Below are positions 50,787 through 62,683 of a stretch of 64,000 bases of DNA, in pieces. Source of the stretch: Octopus sinensis (Eukaryota). The first letter of the stretch is position 1. Each line of letters begins with the position of its first letter. The position numbers were made by a program, and so were the translations under genes. Below the pieces are notes generated by a model that was not told where the DNA came from, searched no databases, and saw only the letters and a program-made list of their open reading frames with translations. The stretch covers positions 6,076,001-6,140,000 of the forward strand of contig NC_042998.1 in assembly GCF_006345805.1 (NCBI RefSeq), given 5' to 3'.

Positions 50787-51333
50787 TACCAGTTAATATA
50801 GTTGACTAGCTCCTTCTCCTAACAGTTCAAGCCTTGTACGTGTACTAGAAAGGATTATTAACACTATGTTAAAATATGTACTGGCCAATGAGGAAGCATC
50901 TACATGGGTACTCACCATGCTACACATATGAACCAAAATCTCAAATCACATTGTACAGTATGAAAAAATAATAAAATGGGTGTGGACTGTCAGAGCTATC
51001 TTGAGAGCATCTTGGAGCTAATTCAAAAAAATATTGGGTATTTATTCTAAAGGGTATATTTCATTCCTCACTCATTCATTACCATATTTTTATTGAAATA
51101 CACTGACTGTTTTAATTGCCTTCTGAAAATAATGAATAATTTAGGATACTAAATGTTGAATTATCTTGATATTTGGAACATAACTTACCAAAGGATTTTG
51201 AGCAAAGGTTTGAAATTTCTGGCAGAGTCTCACTGACGATATCTAACTACTATGCAACAAGTTTGAGGAATAATTAGAAAAGAGAAAAGTCAATGGATAA
51301 GAGAAAAATTGAACAATATAAAGAAATATAAAC

Positions 51334-52100
51334 AGGAGTGGCTGTGTGGTAAGTAGCTTGCTTACCAACCACATGGTTCCGGGTTCAGTTCCACTGCGTG
51401 GCACCTTGGGCAATTGTCTTCTACTATGGTCTCGGGCCAACCAAAGCCTTGTAAGTGGATTTGGTAGATGGAAACTGAAAGAAGCCTGTCGTATATTCCG
51501 TTTCGCGAACCTTCCGTTTCGCGAACCTTCCATTTCGTGACCGTTGCCAGCGCCGCCCCGACTGGCCTCGTGCCGGTGGCACGTAAAAAGCACCATCCGT
51601 TCGTGTCCGTTGTCAGCCTCGCCTGGCCCTCGTGCCGGTGGCACATAAAAAGCACCATCCGTTCGTGGCCGTTTGCCAGCTCTGTCTGGCACCTGTGCGG
51701 GTGGCACGTAAAAAGCACCCACTACGCTCACGGAGTGGTTGGCGTTAGGAATGGCATCCAGCCGTAGAAACACTGCCAGATTTGACTGGGCCTGATGAAG
51801 CCTTCTGGCTTCACAGACCCCAGTAGAACTGTCCAACCCATGCTAGCATGGAAAACGGACGCTAAACGATGATGATGATGATGATGATGATGATATGTCT
51901 GTGTCTGTGTTTGTCCCCCCAATATTGCTTGACAACTGATGCTGGTGTGTTTACATCCCTGTAACTTAGCGGTTTGGCAAAATAGACCGATAGAATAAGT
52001 ACTAGGCTTACAAAGAATAAGTCCTGGGGGTCAATTTGTACGACTAAAGGTGGTGCTCCAGCATGGCCACAGTCAAATGACTGAAACAAATAAAACAATA
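51334..52100 (+). mobile_element. SINE family A with family B (51528-51894) inserted at the central microsatellite
   Basis: Collinear A halves flanking B. Confidence 0.88.
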
Positions 52101-52617
52101 AAAAAAAAGGATTTAAGAAACTGAAATATAGATATTGATATGTTTCCAATATATAATAACCACATGTGATCAATGGCATAAAATAGTTCTAGATGAGAAT
52201 CAGAATGACATTAATTGAGATTTTTATTAACATGTAGCATGCATTAAAAAAAAAAGAAAAAAAAAAAAGAAAATTATGAATTCCTTTGACCTGGCAACTA
52301 TTCAGATTTTTAGTGAGAAGACAGAAATATGATTGATTAAATGAAACTGAAGTAATTAATTTAATAATAGTTATATAATTAATTTCTGAATAACCACAAG
52401 CAAAGTAAACTTGAGAAAGAAGAAAACCAAACTAAAATTAGGTTTGAACCTTTCTTGATAAAAATCTGCCTCAGACCATCTCTGATGCTACAAAACAAAT
52501 TCTTTCATTTGAAGTGTTCACATTTAAATTAGAACCATCCATCATAATAACCATTTGTACAAAACATTTAAGTTATATTCCAGATACAAGGTTCATAGAA
52601 AGTTAGCTCTTAATAAT

Positions 52618-52984
52618 AAATCCTTAAATCCTTAAAAATGTCTTAGCCCGAAGGCCGCGGCCATGCTGGGGCACCACCGCTGAATGAGCTACACTAATAT
52701 GTGAATCCACCCCTGATACGTGGCACTTGATCAACAAGGGAGTTCGATGACGCTGCCCGCATCTGCGTCTCCTGTCGTGAGGTAGGTTCATCTGGGACAC
52801 CTGACAAGAAGAGATCCAGTTTAGTTTTAAAGAAACCCACATCCACACCATGTAAGCCTCTCAGGCATTTAGGGAGGATGTTAAAGAGCTGTGGTCCTCT
52901 GAAACCCAAGCTGTTGCAGTATCTGGACCTGTATTTTGATGGCGATGTTTCCAACATGCAGTGAAATGCAAACGGCACTGGCAA
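52618..52984 (-). mobile_element. CR1/L2-group LINE 3' fragment
   Basis: YCNSLGFRGPQLFNILPKCLR...FFKTKLDLFLSGVPDEP...RAASSNSLVDQ; short 3' UTR and (TTTAAGGA)n tail. Confidence 0.75.
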
Positions 52985-53226
52985 AGAGGTAGTACTAAAC
53001 TGGATATTTCAAACTGCATGTCCTCTACCACACTCTGTCCCCACCCCACCTCGCATGTGTGTGCATGCAGGTTACTAGTTGAATAAGCCATTTGATGACT
53101 TTTGAAATCCTGAGCAAAACTAATATTGTAATATATCTGACATACATTTAGTATCGTGACCCTCCTCCTCATTAAAGTTCTGTTGTCATTTCTTAAACGT
53201 CTTTTAAAATATCCTCCTCCTAGTCC

Positions 53227-53390
53227 TTTAACGTCCGTTTTTCCATGCTGGCATGGGTTGGACGGTTTAACCAGGGTTGGCAAGGCAGAGAACTGCATCA
53301 AGTTCCAGTATGATTTGGTTCATTTCTATGGCTGGATACCCTTCTTAACGCCAACCACTTTACAGTGTGTTGAGTACTTTTAATGTGGCA
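53227..53390 (-). mobile_element. Older family B 3' end
   Basis: ttaacgtccgtttttccatgctggcatgggttggacgg. Confidence 0.75.
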
Positions 53391-53793
53391 TACAATAATA
53401 CCATATATCCAACACACACAACACACACACAACTGGTGAGAACTAACTAAGCTCAGTTTAGGAAAGACAGACTAATGCTCAAATGAATTTCAACTCAAAT
53501 TCTAACTTCATCTAGAATAAGGCCCATGGCATCAACTGTGGCTCTGAGAGAAATCCAAAGCAAGCTGTTATGCATATACAAGAATGGAGCACATTAAACA
53601 AAGAAAAAAAAATGAAAAATATATACATACATATATATATTCTTTACTTTTATTGCTATTCTGTATTTTTTGTGCTCCATGTAATTACATGCATCAAGCC
53701 TAATTGTGCTTATCTATCTCAGTACCCCCTCTCTCTCCAAACACACACACACATATAGATACAGGCATACATACACAAGTTGAGTAGCATTAA

Positions 53794-54014
53794 CCCTTTC
53801 ATTACCAGCCCGGCTGAAACCGGTTCTGGCTCTTTAGTACAAATGTCCTGTTTTTATAAGTTTTGAATTAAAATCTTCTACCAAACCTTTGTTACAATTT
53901 ATGTTCCTAACACTAGCTGAATGATAACAAAGTTATTTTACTAAATTCTTTGTTATATTTAAAGTAATTGAAAGAAGCACAGAACATCTCAAAATAAATA
54001 CAGTAACGAAAGGG
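53794..54014. mobile_element. piggyBac-like MITE family D1
   Basis: TTAA TSD and CCCTTT/AAAGGG ends. Confidence 0.88.
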
Positions 54015-54067
54015 TTAAACAAGATATAGTGAACAACAAACTACAAGCATGCCGTTCATTAAATTAA

Positions 54068-54288
54068 CCCTTTTGATACCAATCCGGCTGAAACCGGCTC
54101 TGGCTCTGTGTACAAATGTCTTGTTTTCATAAGTTTTAAATTAAAATCTTCCACCAAACCTTAGCCACAATTTATATTCCTAATACCAACTTAATGATAA
54201 CGAAGTTATTTTGCTAAATTCTTTGTTATATTTAAAATTAACTGAATAAAACAGAGATCATCTCAACAGAAATATGGTAACAAAAGGG
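54068..54288. mobile_element. piggyBac-like MITE family D1
   Basis: TTAA TSD and CCCTTT/AAAGGG ends. Confidence 0.88.
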
Positions 54289-55978
54289 TTAAACTTGTAT
54301 AAAACAGGATGTGATGCAAGTCCCTATGAAGGCATATTGTTTCTTTCTTCAACTTTTACACAAACTATGTAGTGAGATGGAAAAACTAATGTTACAAACC
54401 ATGAAGATATTGTTAGCAGGTTATTAATCACAAAATCAGTGCAGAAATCTCAATCAAGCTTCCATCCCTTACTTCAGCAAGACTTGTGTTAATTCATAGA
54501 GGTAGTCCACATTCACAGGACCTTAACTATCTATGAATACATCTGTTTGTGTGCATGGATGGGTGGGTGTGCCCATGCAACAAACCCTCTATAAACTATA
54601 AATCCCTAAAAAGATATAACTCTTACCAGCATTAGAATCCCAAGGAAAAAAAAGTCACACAATAGTGTTGTAGAGTGTAATGTGCAGAACCCTTCCACCA
54701 TAAACTGAGAAACCCAAAACTCCCTAAATAAGTTTAACCCTAACACAATAAGGACTATAATCGCAAAGAAAGACAACTAAGGCACCACAGATGATGTCAA
54801 AAAGACACAGAAATAAACAAGTACATCAAACACATAAATCTCATCTTCAGCTGCCAAACTTATATCATCATAGTTTTAACACCAGGGCAATAACACACAA
54901 TCAAGTGGAGTCAAGTGCATTAAAACCAAACACAGCCTGGTAATTAATAGATAAGAAGCAGAGACTAAACATTAGTGTGCTATGTCCATTATTTTCTATT
55001 GCTACTTATTGATCCAAAATCCAAATACAAACATCAAATCATCACATACCTACAGCTACTAAGCATAGATTTTAAAAAGTAAAATACAGGAAACAAAGAA
55101 ATGTCATGAGAATGGACATTGCTATTGCAAGACCTATAGAACATAAAACCATTAAAATATCCAACCAAGCTATGGAACTGAACATATCTAGCTGAAGTCA
55201 TTGAATGCTGTGGGGAAACACATTTCAAATATATAAAATGGGAAAATGACGATAACATTTGAAATAATGAACCTGGAAATGTAAAGATATATTTTAATTG
55301 AAGCACATAAACTAATATACATTGCTAACCAATAAGCTGTAAAACAGAATTAAAACATGAAAATATAATTAAAACTAAATGAAACAAACTTACAGAATAA
55401 CTTATCATTTAAATTACAACTGTCAAAATAAATGCTATGCATGTATATATATATACATATAAACACATCTGTGTACACATGCAACCATTTCTCTGCATTT
55501 CCACAAGTGTGCTATAAACAGTACAAATATGTTACATACTCAAAGAGCATAATTTTTATCATTGATTCTTTCAATTAATATTAAGAAACAAGAACCTGTA
55601 AGAGAAATCATTCATTCAACAGGGCTTTGCGAACTAAATTTTATTTCCTTTCATTAAAAGACATAACAGAACAGTAAAATGCTTTCAGATAAGAAATAAT
55701 GAATGTGACAGTAACACACATATAAAAGAAACTTGTAGAAAATAAGATACCAATAAAATAGCTTACTTTAACTGAAAGTTGCCAATATTATATTGACAAG
55801 GTTTCTTTAAGACAATAATATTTTTATATATAAACTAAAATAAACTATACATAGATGTGTGCATACATATGTATACATAAAAACAGCGGGCTGGAAAAGT
55901 TTTCTGTTATTTATTCACCATTACATGTGTTTCATTTGCTAACAGGAGTTACAAAATTGTACACAAAGAAGAAACACA

Positions 55979-56584
55979 GGATCTTTACCTTTTGACCTAC
56001 AGATTTAGGAAAAAATATTTTGTAACTAAACACTTTTAAACTTCAGACACTGGTAGAATGTGTTATATAAAACATGTTTTATTCTTAGCATTTTTGAGAA
56101 AAACTTATATTTACTAAGTTATTTCACGTTAAAGTTCTCGTATTTTGGTAATTTCAACCAATCAATGACGTGCATTCAGCTGAATAAAATTACTGCTGTT
56201 GTTTGTCAACAAGAACTTCTGGCGGTGTATATTTCGTTTGTCACTGTTATTTATGACAACCCTAAAACCCTAACACCTTAAAACCAGTACAAATGCACGA
56301 ACGATGTCATAAATAACAGTGACAAACAAAAAATACACCACCGATAGTTGTTGTCGACAAACAACGGCAGTAATTTTATTCAGCTGCATACATGTCATTG
56401 ATTGGTTGAAATTACCGAACTACGAGAACTTTAAGGTGAAATAACTCCGTAAATATAAGTTTTTCTCCAAAATGCTAAGAGTAAAAGATGTTTTATATGA
56501 CACATTCTACTAGTGTGCGAAGTTTGAAAGTGTTTAGTTACAAAAAATTATTTTTTAAATCTGTCGGTCAAAAGGTAAAGATCC
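55979..56584. mobile_element. Fold-back MITE, same family as 49960-50786 with a shorter core
   Basis: GGATCT...AGATCC ends; flanks gaaacaca/gaaacatg; residual ccctaa. Confidence 0.85.
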
Positions 56585-58233
56585 GAAACATGTAAGACAT
56601 CAATTAGAAATTCTTCATACAGAGAATCAAATAATCATAAGCACCCTATCTATATCACACACACAAATATACATATATTCTTTTGTTTGTTTCAGTCATC
56701 TGAGTACAGCCTTGCTGGAGCACCATATATAAATTATTTAATCCATAATCATTAGACCAGAAAAATATATATTTTCTTATGCCGTTGGCTCCTCATGAAA
56801 TAAAAACAAAAAAATTCCAAGAATTAATTTATAATGTATGTAAAGAAAAAAAAACATTGTTACTAAGTGGTTGGTGAGCCTGCTCTATGAACTAGTGCAG
56901 ATAATATTATATAGCCCTCCGTTGATTCAACAAAAGTAACAGACTACAGGACTCAATACAGAAGTGTAGAGGTGTGTGTGTATAAAACTATGGATGGATA
57001 ATATGTTTCATAGAATATCAGTATAAACATTGTTTATGATGTGTCAAGTTGTTAGACATCATAAAGCAATGGGCTTATAATGTTTAGTTACATACTTAGG
57101 ACTAATACTGATGCTGGGCAGTTTTTTTTTAATCTTATGATGAAAGTTTACTATTTATAATTTTGAGTTTCATGATAACCTAATTAATACTAAGAGAATT
57201 AATTCAATTGAATATAATTCTCACTTTTATATAAAAAGTATATAACTGAGTAACTGCCTGGCTTTAAAAGGAATATAAAATAAAAGAGAGTTAAAGCTAT
57301 TAGCTAACAGAAGGGGAAAAAAATGAAACCCAAGATCCTTTTTTTTTTCTATTTCCAATTCAAGCCACAACTATTTTATATTGATGGATGTATGTATAAG
57401 GTTTCAACAAAAGAAACAAAGACTAGTATTTAGTTATATACCTACGACTAATGCTAGATTTTTAAAATCTAATGGCAATCAAGTTTACTTTTATCTCTTT
57501 GTGTTAGCAAATAACTAATTAAAAATATAATGAAGTCAGCTCAAATGACAATAGGTAGTTCTCATTTAAAAATTAAAAAAATAGGTTATTGAGTTAGTAT
57601 GGAGTCAGAAAAAATAAATATATGTTATGTAAAGAAAAAAGCACTATAGACATTAGATCGAAGAGGGAAAGTAAAAAAAAAAAAACCTAAGATGACAATT
57701 TTCTAATTTTTGTTTCAAGCTTTGACTGCAATGCACTGATGGAAGTAGGTATGAGGGTGATGCAAAAGAAACAATGAAAGGATTGGTGTCAGAATAAAAC
57801 ATGAGGCAATGTCAGGTCTGCAAGAGTTTTCACACCTAATCCACTTTAAATCATTTTTATTTTGCAGTATGTTGAAAAGTGTGCTACTTTAATAGTTTAT
57901 CGTCTGCTGGTTCTTAGTTTATTTATAAGAGAAAAATGGTTCAGTAAAAACGCTTTCAATAGAAATGTTCCTCGTTCAGGATATTTATACAGAAAAACTT
58001 TTAAGAAATGATGATGTTGATGATTTCAAGTTTTGGCACAAACTGGCAAATTCAGTGAAGGGAGCAATTCAATTACATTGACCCCGCCACCCCACCCAAG
58101 TGCTTAATGGGTACATATTTTATCAGCAGCAAATGGATGAACAGCAAAGTCGACCTTGGCAGCGTTTGAACTCAGAACATAAAAACGGACAAAATGCCAC
58201 CAGGCTAACAATTCTGCCAGCCCACTGCCTCAA

Positions 58234-58274
<41 letters not shown>

Positions 58275-58338
58275 ATAATAATAATAATAATAATGTTGAT
58301 GATGATGATAATAATAATGATGATGATGATGAAGATGA

Positions 58339-58886
58339 TGCGGAAACAGGCAGTGGCTCCTATGGCTTCTGATCTTAACTGATTGGAAGTGTTATCATGT
58401 ACATTGTTTTGTCTTGGTATAAAAGATGGGCTACAGCAAATATTCTGCTCAATACCACAGATTTGCTTGTCAGTTGTTTGACCATAACCAGTTGAGCATG
58501 TCCCTTAATGGCTGACGATATGTGCATCTCTGATCACGAGCAGAAGTAGTGGGGGAGCATCATAGCCATGTGTTGAGAGGGATTCTTTGGGGTTTGAATA
58601 ATTCACCTCTGGAAACATGGGTGTTTCATTCAACATCCTTAAACAACCCTTATTCAGGGACCTTTTGAGTGGGATGGGCTACTCAACCTGAAGAAAATTC
58701 TAACTGGGCCCCATCTACAAAGTCATACACTGTTTATCTTGATATGAGTTTACCAAGTTGCATATATAAGGTTGTGAGGCATGCACCTGGTGTACCCTTA
58801 TCAGACAGGTAGTCATCGTGCTTATATTGAGCTTTGTATATTTGTATCCCAGTCTCATTTTGATGGTATTCCCTGCTCTCTCACTC
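58339..58886 (+). mobile_element. Family F, longer copy, (AAT)n-tailed
   Basis: Right 340 bp match 21673-22011. Confidence 0.78.
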
Positions 58887-59158
58887 AATAATAATAATAA
58901 TTTTAAATTTTGCCACAAGGCTAGCAGGTTTTAGTGAGGCACTAAGTTGTTTGAATTGACCCCAGTGTTTCACTGGCACTTAATTTATCGATCCTCAATT
59001 GATGAAAGACAAAAGTAACCTTGGCAGAACTTAAACTCAATATGTGCAGGTGGACGAAAACCCATTCAGCATTTTACCTGGTGTGTTAATGATTCTGCCA
59101 ACATGCTGCCTTAAAGTATTTTGTCTGAAACGCTAATAATTCTGCCAATCCACTACCC

Positions 59159-59204
<46 letters not shown>

Positions 59205-59478
59205 TAGTGGAATCTAAAAACAGAAACAATTCCTATCATAGTAGGTGCATTAGGCATGATAAAAAAATATTCAGACAAATACATAACAAAAACACCAGGA
59301 CTTACAAACACATATAACATACAGAAAATTGCACTACTAGGCACTGCACACATCCTACGCAGAACACTTTCCATACACTAACCATCAGAGCATCACAACA
59401 AATCACAGCACATACCCAAGGCACACAGAGCTGCGCTCGGTAGTGAAGTGAAAGCACGCTATAAAAATAAAACTACTG
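59205..59478 (+). mobile_element. Second R4/Dong-like retrotransposon 3' fragment in (TAA)n
   Basis: 59208-59381 WNLKTETIPIIVGALGMIKK...IQKIALLGTAHILRRTLSIH*, homologous to 21281-21469; (AAT)n on both sides. Confidence 0.8.
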
Positions 59479-59479
59479 A

Positions 59480-59510
<31 letters not shown>

Positions 59511-59920
59511 TAATAATGATGATGATGATGATGATGTATTATGAACATGAAATCCATTATCTACCTCCAGTCTCTGGGTGGCATCTGGTTTATGATGTGT
59601 AAATGCAGCAGATATAAAGAAAAAAAAAATTGTATAATAGTGAAAATTAAAAAAAAAAAGAAAAATGAAGTGGTGGCGGGGTGACAAAATGTAAACAAAA
59701 GTATTTAATAGAAAATAATATTGTTTATATTTCGAAGCATATTAACAGTTCTTGAGTGAAATGAAAATTAATAACTGTGGATTCAAAACAATCATTATGA
59801 ACAGACATGCTCGAAAAACTTATCAAATAAACAATATATACCATTAAAACTCAGCATCACACATCTTGTAGAAGAAGAGGGGTGGTCAAAAATGTATATC
59901 AGTAAACAAAACATTATCAT

Positions 59921-60103
59921 AGGCGCAGGAGTGGCAGTGTGGTAAGTAGCTTGCTAACCAACAACATGGTTTTGGGTTCAGTCCCACTGCGTGGCATCTT
60001 GGGCAAGTGTCTTCTGCTATAGCCCCAGGCCGACCAATGCCTTGTGAGTTGATTTGGTAGACAAAAACTGAAAGAAGCCTGTCGTATATATATATATATA
60101 TGT

Positions 60104-60186
<83 letters not shown>

Positions 60187-60372
60187 GTGTGTGTGTGTGT
60201 TTGTCCCCTTAGCATTGCTTGACAACCGATGCTGGTGTGTTTATGTCCCCGTTACTTAGCGGTTCGGCAAAAGAGACCGATAGAATAAGTCCCGGGGTCA
60301 ATTTGCTTGACTAAAGGCGGTGCTCCAGCATGGCCGCAGTCAAATGACTGAAACAAGTAAAAGAGTAAGAGT
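59921..60372 (+). mobile_element. SINE family A
   Basis: Complete copy; small deletion between agaataagt repeats. Confidence 0.9.
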
Positions 60373-60569
60373 ATAGAATATTAGAATACCAGCAAACAAC
60401 ATACAAATATCACTGAGCGCTTGAAAAATATTTGTGGGGAATAAATTTTGGTTTGCAAAAACGTAGATTTGAATTCTATCCAACTGCATCACACTTCAAG
60501 CAAATGCATTCTACGGTAACAACTTTCAGTGTGGAGTCTGGTGGTGAGAAACTGCAAGGAAACTTGCCA

Positions 60570-60933
60570 CGTTTTAGTCATTTGAATGTGGCCATGCTGA
60601 AGTACTGCCTTTAGTCAAAAAATCGGCCCAGTAAGCCTAGTACTTATTCTATTGGCCTCTTTTGCTGAACCACTAAGTTACAGGGATGTAAACACACCAA
60701 CACCGGCTGTCAAGTGATGGTGGGGGACAAACTCCGACACACAAACATACACACACATATATATATATATGATAGGCTTCTTTCAGTTTCCATCTACCAA
60801 ATCCGTTCACAAGGCTTTGGTCGGCCTGAGGCTATAGTAGGAGACACTTGCCCAAGGTGCCACGCTGTGGGACTGAGTCTGGAACCATGTGGTCGGGAAG
60901 CAAGCTACTTACAACACAGCCACACCTGCACCT
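60570..60933 (-). mobile_element. SINE family A
   Basis: Near-complete copy in reverse. Confidence 0.88.
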
Positions 60934-61033
60934 ATATATATACTTCTAATACAAGGATAAAATATTTTGAAAAAAAAAAGTTTATTAGCGGCCACCATAT
61001 TAAAATACCTTTTAAGATGAAAATTATAAACAA

Positions 61034-61422
61034 CTAGCAGTATTGCCTGGCGTTGCTCGGGTTTGTAAGGGAAATAACTATATAAGCATTTTTAAAGAGT
61101 TATAGCAAAAAAATGCATTAAAAATGGGGCAAAAAATGATGGTGAATTTTTTTTAAATCGTTGACTCATCGTAGACGCGCGCTAGAGAGTTACTTCCCTT
61201 ATATAATAGCGAAAAAATGCATTAAAAATGGAAAAAAAATTATGGTAAATTTTTTTTTTAATCGTAGACTCATCGTAGATGCGCGCTAATCCCAGAAGGG
61301 TTCGATATGAATCACGACTATAAGATACCCGGTTTTGGTTAAACTGCACCGCAAAATGTGGGAGTAGTTAGGAATCTAAATTGTAGGAGACAGACACACA
61401 ACCTCTCTTTTATATATAAAGA
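61034..61422 (-). mobile_element. Non-autonomous Helitron
   Basis: - strand: A|TC start tctttatatataaaagag; 3' hairpin cccgagcaacgccagg followed by CTAG|T; internal tandem duplication. Confidence 0.85.
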
Positions 61423-61736
61423 TTATAAATAAGGGCAAAAGAAAGAAAACGTCTATGCCAGTATGCTGAAAAATAGACTTTAGATCGTCCAACCAAATAT
61501 ACAATATTTTTCACTATAGTGAAAAATATTGGCATAGAAAATTTCTTTTGCCGTTATTTATAATTATATATATCAAATATAAATAAAAAACAGAACCGTG
61601 ATATCCTTTGTGTTCTGTTTTAATTTATATTTGATATATTCTCTCACCTCTGCCACTATCTGGCATATACAGGTGCTTACACTTATCAAATATTCACTCT
61701 AAATTTGCAGTACCTATAATTATATATATATATATA

Positions 61737-61955
61737 GCACCACCTGATCGTGGCCGTTTGCCAGACTCGTCTGGCACGTAAAAAGCACCCACTACACTCA
61801 CAGAGTGGTTGGTGTTAGGAAGGGCATCCAGCTGTAGTAACATTGCCAGATCAGACTGGGCCTGGTGCAGCCTCCTGGCTTCCCAGACCCCACTTGAACC
61901 GTCCAACCCATGCTAGCATGGAAAGTGGATGCTAAACGATGATGATGTTGATGAT
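61737..61955 (+). mobile_element. Family B (RTE 3' end)
   Basis: Family match, preceded by (TA)n. Confidence 0.85.
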
Positions 61956-62046
61956 AGGGAGAGTTTATGAAAAAAACAAAAGACAAAGACAGGTGGTGTA
62001 CAAAACAAACAGATGTATTAGTTTAACGCTCAGGAATAGAAAAAGT

Positions 62047-62082
62047 CTTTTACGTTTCGAGCCTACTCTCTTCTACAGAAAG
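62047..62082 (-). ncRNA. Hammerhead-like motif with a non-canonical CUGUAGA core, in a Penelope-like fragment (61965-62110)
   Basis: - strand CUUU-CUGUAGA-A-GAG(aguagg)CUC-GAAA-CG-UA-AAAG. Confidence 0.55.
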
Positions 62083-62683
62083 GGATATAGAAAAAACAAG
62101 GAGTGAAAAAAAAAAAAAAAAAAGAGAAAAAAAATATATATAAGGGATGAGAAGAAATGGAGCACCATGTAACAATTAGAAGTTGATCATTAGTATTGAA
62201 TGATCATAGTTTAATTATGGTTAAGATAACATTTACAGCTGTTTCTGTTTGTAATTTTTGAGGTAAACTTGCGATTATCTCATTCCATGTAACGATAAAC
62301 TGATGGCTGGTGTTCAGATATCATCTTAACCAAGCTTGAAAAAATCAGCTGAGTGGTTAAGAAGTTTGGGTTGCAATTACCTGGTTTTCAGTTCAGTCCC
62401 AGCACACAACACAATGGCGAAAGTATTTTTCAACTTTAGACCTGGGCTAATGAATGCCTTGTGAATAAATTTGGTAGGCGGAAAATGCATGGGAAGCCCA
62501 TTTTATATTTGTTTGTGTGTGTGTCCCTCTCTCATCAGGGGTTAAGACACTCAGCTTGCAGTTACATAGTTTTGGGTCCAGTGCACAACACAACGGGGAA
62601 AGTATGTTCAATTTAAAGTGTGTGTGTGTGTATGTGTGTGTGTTCCTTCTACAACATTGTATAACTGTCAATTTTATGTACTG

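Noticed and set aside
51243-51836. 197-aa ORF
   Set aside because: Reads through the family B UTR and SINE A in antisense; chimeric artefact
57035-57112. C/D-box snoRNA-like (ATGATGT...CTGA)
   Set aside because: Box C imperfect, no terminal stem, no evident rRNA complementarity
57868-58011. Possible terminal exon (ttttgcag|YVEKCATL...TFKK*)
   Set aside because: Good acceptor, but the peptide is unrecognisable and AT-rich; insufficient support
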